From: a virus
Lineage: Duplodnaviria; Caudoviricetes
Length of the DNA: 47,241 nucleotides
IMG/VR virus record: IMGVR_UViG_3300020045_015482
Location: 1-47,241 of that record
Reading direction: 5' to 3' (one strand)
Part shown: positions 45,458 through 47,241 of the stretch, piece by piece
Layout of the letters: each line of letters starts with the position of its first letter
How positions within the stretch are numbered: position 1 is the stretch's first letter
Made by a program: the position numbers and the translations under genes
Notes under the pieces: generated by a model
Databases searched by the model: none
Told to the model about the DNA's origin: nothing
The model's input: only the letters and a program-made list of their open reading frames with translations

Positions 45458-47164
45458 TAGACAAGTCCATTCAATCTTGATGAATAAAAGTTCCCAACGC
45501 CTTCGTGCAAGGTAGGCTTAGTCCACCGGAAGTTGGAAAGAGCATAATAGCTGAGGCAGTCGGGAAAATGCGTTGCAAAATCTTTTGGTTTCTCTTTCGG
45601 GTCACGATCCGATAACTTATATTCGTCCCAAACATAATGTTCAATCTGATAAATGCATTCTTTAAGGTCGGAGGCAACGTGAAGGGTTGGATGGTTAAGT
45701 AACCCTAAAGGTTTTTGGTTGTCGAATCTTAACATTTGGGAAATGGTTTTACGCGCCACTTCCTTATGGTCATCGCCAAAGGTGAAACGCACGGGGTAGT
45801 TTAGTTTGCGTCCGGAAAGTTCAAACTCATCGCGCACGGTGTTTCCGGTGTTAGCATATTTCTTGGGGCCAAAGTTGGGGTCTATAATCCTCAAGTTAAC
45901 TTTCTCCCTGTTATCAATTTCAACTTTCCTTATGTGGTTGACCACATCTTCAATGGTGTGTTCGGGCAAGTAAGCTTCACGATAAACCCAAGATTCCCCT
46001 GTTTCGTCAATGGCAACCCAAAGAAGTGCGTGGGGGTTTCTATCGTGCGGGTCAAGCACCATACATCTTGGCCAATGGTGGGGAGGTTGTCCATCTACCA
46101 CCACATTGTTTTTTCCTTTAACCCAAATGGAACGGTTAAAGGTGTGAATATCTCTATCCCATTCCTTCCAGATACGACCAGCAAGGTAACGGAACTTCCC
46201 ATGGATACGGGTTTCGCGTTCTTCTTCGGTAAGCTTCTCCTCAAACTTTTTTATTGAGGTGTCAGAAAGCCCTATCATCTGACCGGAAATCGGGTTCTTG
46301 CGTTTAAGGTTATGGCGAATATCGCAAATAACCGAGAAGACGTTGTTGCTTTTAGAATTGTATATTTCGTCAAAGAGCCATGGTTCTTTTAAAGGTGTCA
46401 AGGTAAACAAAGTGAGCCCATCACTATCAACTAACCCGCGGATAGCAGCAATGTAAAGTTCACGGGGAGGGGGTTCATCGAATAAAACCCAATCACCGTT
46501 CCAGCCTTCCGCGAGGTGTACCTCTTGCTCATAACTCATTACATCAAAGTAGCTGGTACCGCCGCTCGCATGCTTGATATACCACTCAACGTCAGCCTTA
46601 TGGCTATTTCTTAATATCTCAACAATATTCTCTTTGGGCATCCACTCGTGAAATTTTTTAGTTACAACGCGAACACCCTTAGCGAAGTCAGAGGCGAAGA
46701 CCCGACCCACGGTTGGCCTGTCCCAAGTTCGTCCTCTCCACCACGACGGGTAATAACCCGTGGCGTGGCAAGAAGCCTCGACAATACCGGCGGTAGTTTT
46801 TCCCGAATTATGGTGAACTGTTCCAGCGCAAATATAATTATGAAAGATCGGTACTGTAAAATCCCACTTGACATCTTTTCGCTTATATGCTATACTTGTT
46901 ATCGTCGAATAGGAGTCAATAGATGGGTTGGTGGAACAAAAATAATTATCCGGTCGATCAAATTCGCCAATGGATTGGTGAGGGAAAAACCCAACAATGG
47001 ATTGGCGATGAATTAAAAATTGACCGTCGTTTAATTCAAAAGGTTTGTAAGCGTTATGACATTCAATGTCAACGCTCTGGCCCCCGTTCCGGAGAAGGGC
47101 ATCCTGAATGGAAGGGTGGTCGTTTAATTGATAAAAATGGCTACATTCTTGTTTATTGTCCAAA
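45457..47164 (-). CDS. terL: Large terminase, 5'-truncated, with intein in the Walker A motif
   Basis: C-extein begins SGKTT (46806); Walker B VLFDEPP, TLTP coupling motif, nuclease LDPH...HFPDC. Confidence 0.92.
46807..47164 (-). mobile_element. Intein, C-terminal part (blocks F and G)
   Basis: KWDFTVPIFHNYICAGTVHHN|S matches the intein C-terminal consensus DLTV..HNF.ANG..VHN|S/C/T. Confidence 0.88.
46868..46915 (+). promoter_or_regulatory. Consensus sigma70 promoter and RBS antisense within the intein
   Basis: TTGACA 46868-46873, 17 bp, TG-n-TATACT (-10 at 46891-46896), AGGAG 46911-46915, ATG 46923. Confidence 0.85.
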
Positions 47165-47168
47165 CCAT
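46923..47168 (+). CDS. HNH homing endonuclease-like protein, N-terminal part (cut by contig-end chimera), antisense within the intein
   Basis: HTH-like GKTQQWIGDELKIDRRLIQK; HPEWKGGRLIDKNGYILVY aligns with NYNWKGGKMLDKDGYVLIR of HNH 27133-27567. Confidence 0.75.
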
Positions 47169-47241
47169 CTATTGACTCCTATTCGACGATAACAAGTATA
47201 GCATATAAGCGAAAAGATGTCAAGTGGGATTTTACAGTACC
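47165..47241. repeat. 77 bp perfect inverted copy of 46850-46926 at the right contig end (probable fold-back chimera)
   Basis: Exact reverse complement; junction microhomology ccaacccatct / ccaaaccatct. Confidence 0.9.

Noticed and set aside
47161-47163. TTG at 47163 as the terminase start
   Set aside because: The Walker A N-half, N-extein and intein N-terminus are missing; the upstream stop lies in the chimeric segment.
46850-47241. 77 bp inverted repeats as a phase-variable inversion of the intein interior
   Set aside because: The second copy ends at the contig end and joins at a microhomology, as at the left end. It is treated as an artefact, so the C-terminus LLTPIRR of ORF 46923 is not real.
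1-47241. Alternative genetic code or diversity-generating retroelement
   Set aside because: Genes end cleanly at TAA, TAG and TGA with tight coupling; no reverse transcriptase or template/variable repeat pair seen.

Overview
Near-complete ~47 kb tailed-phage genome, AT-rich, standard genetic code. It is probably a podovirus: P22-like portal, adaptor, stabilisation and ejection proteins, with no tape measure or sheath. The + strand arm (622-14293) carries early and replication genes: an Ocr-like first gene, AAA_25 helicase, metallophosphoesterase, Cas4-like nuclease, Sak4, SSB, ERCC4 nuclease, MT-A70 and C5 methyltransferases, and many small ORFs. The - strand arm carries terminase, GH108 lysin, portal, scaffold, capsid, tail, lysis and ejection genes, then a separately promoted GroEL/GroES operon. 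No integrase, DNA polymerase or primase was recognised. Both contig ends are fold-back copies of internal sequence, likely artefacts, and the terminase 5' end is missing. Most notable: (1) a terminase intein whose opposite strand carries a promoter, RBS and HNH-type endonuclease gene; (2) an HlyC-like acyltransferase coupled to a C39-peptidase/glycine-zipper ejection protein; (3) a TMTC-like GT-C glycosyltransferase in the virion module; (4) GroEL+GroES in a small phage; (5) a C5 methyltransferase with a nested alternative-frame ORF. All functional calls come from motif recognition by eye; no searches were run.
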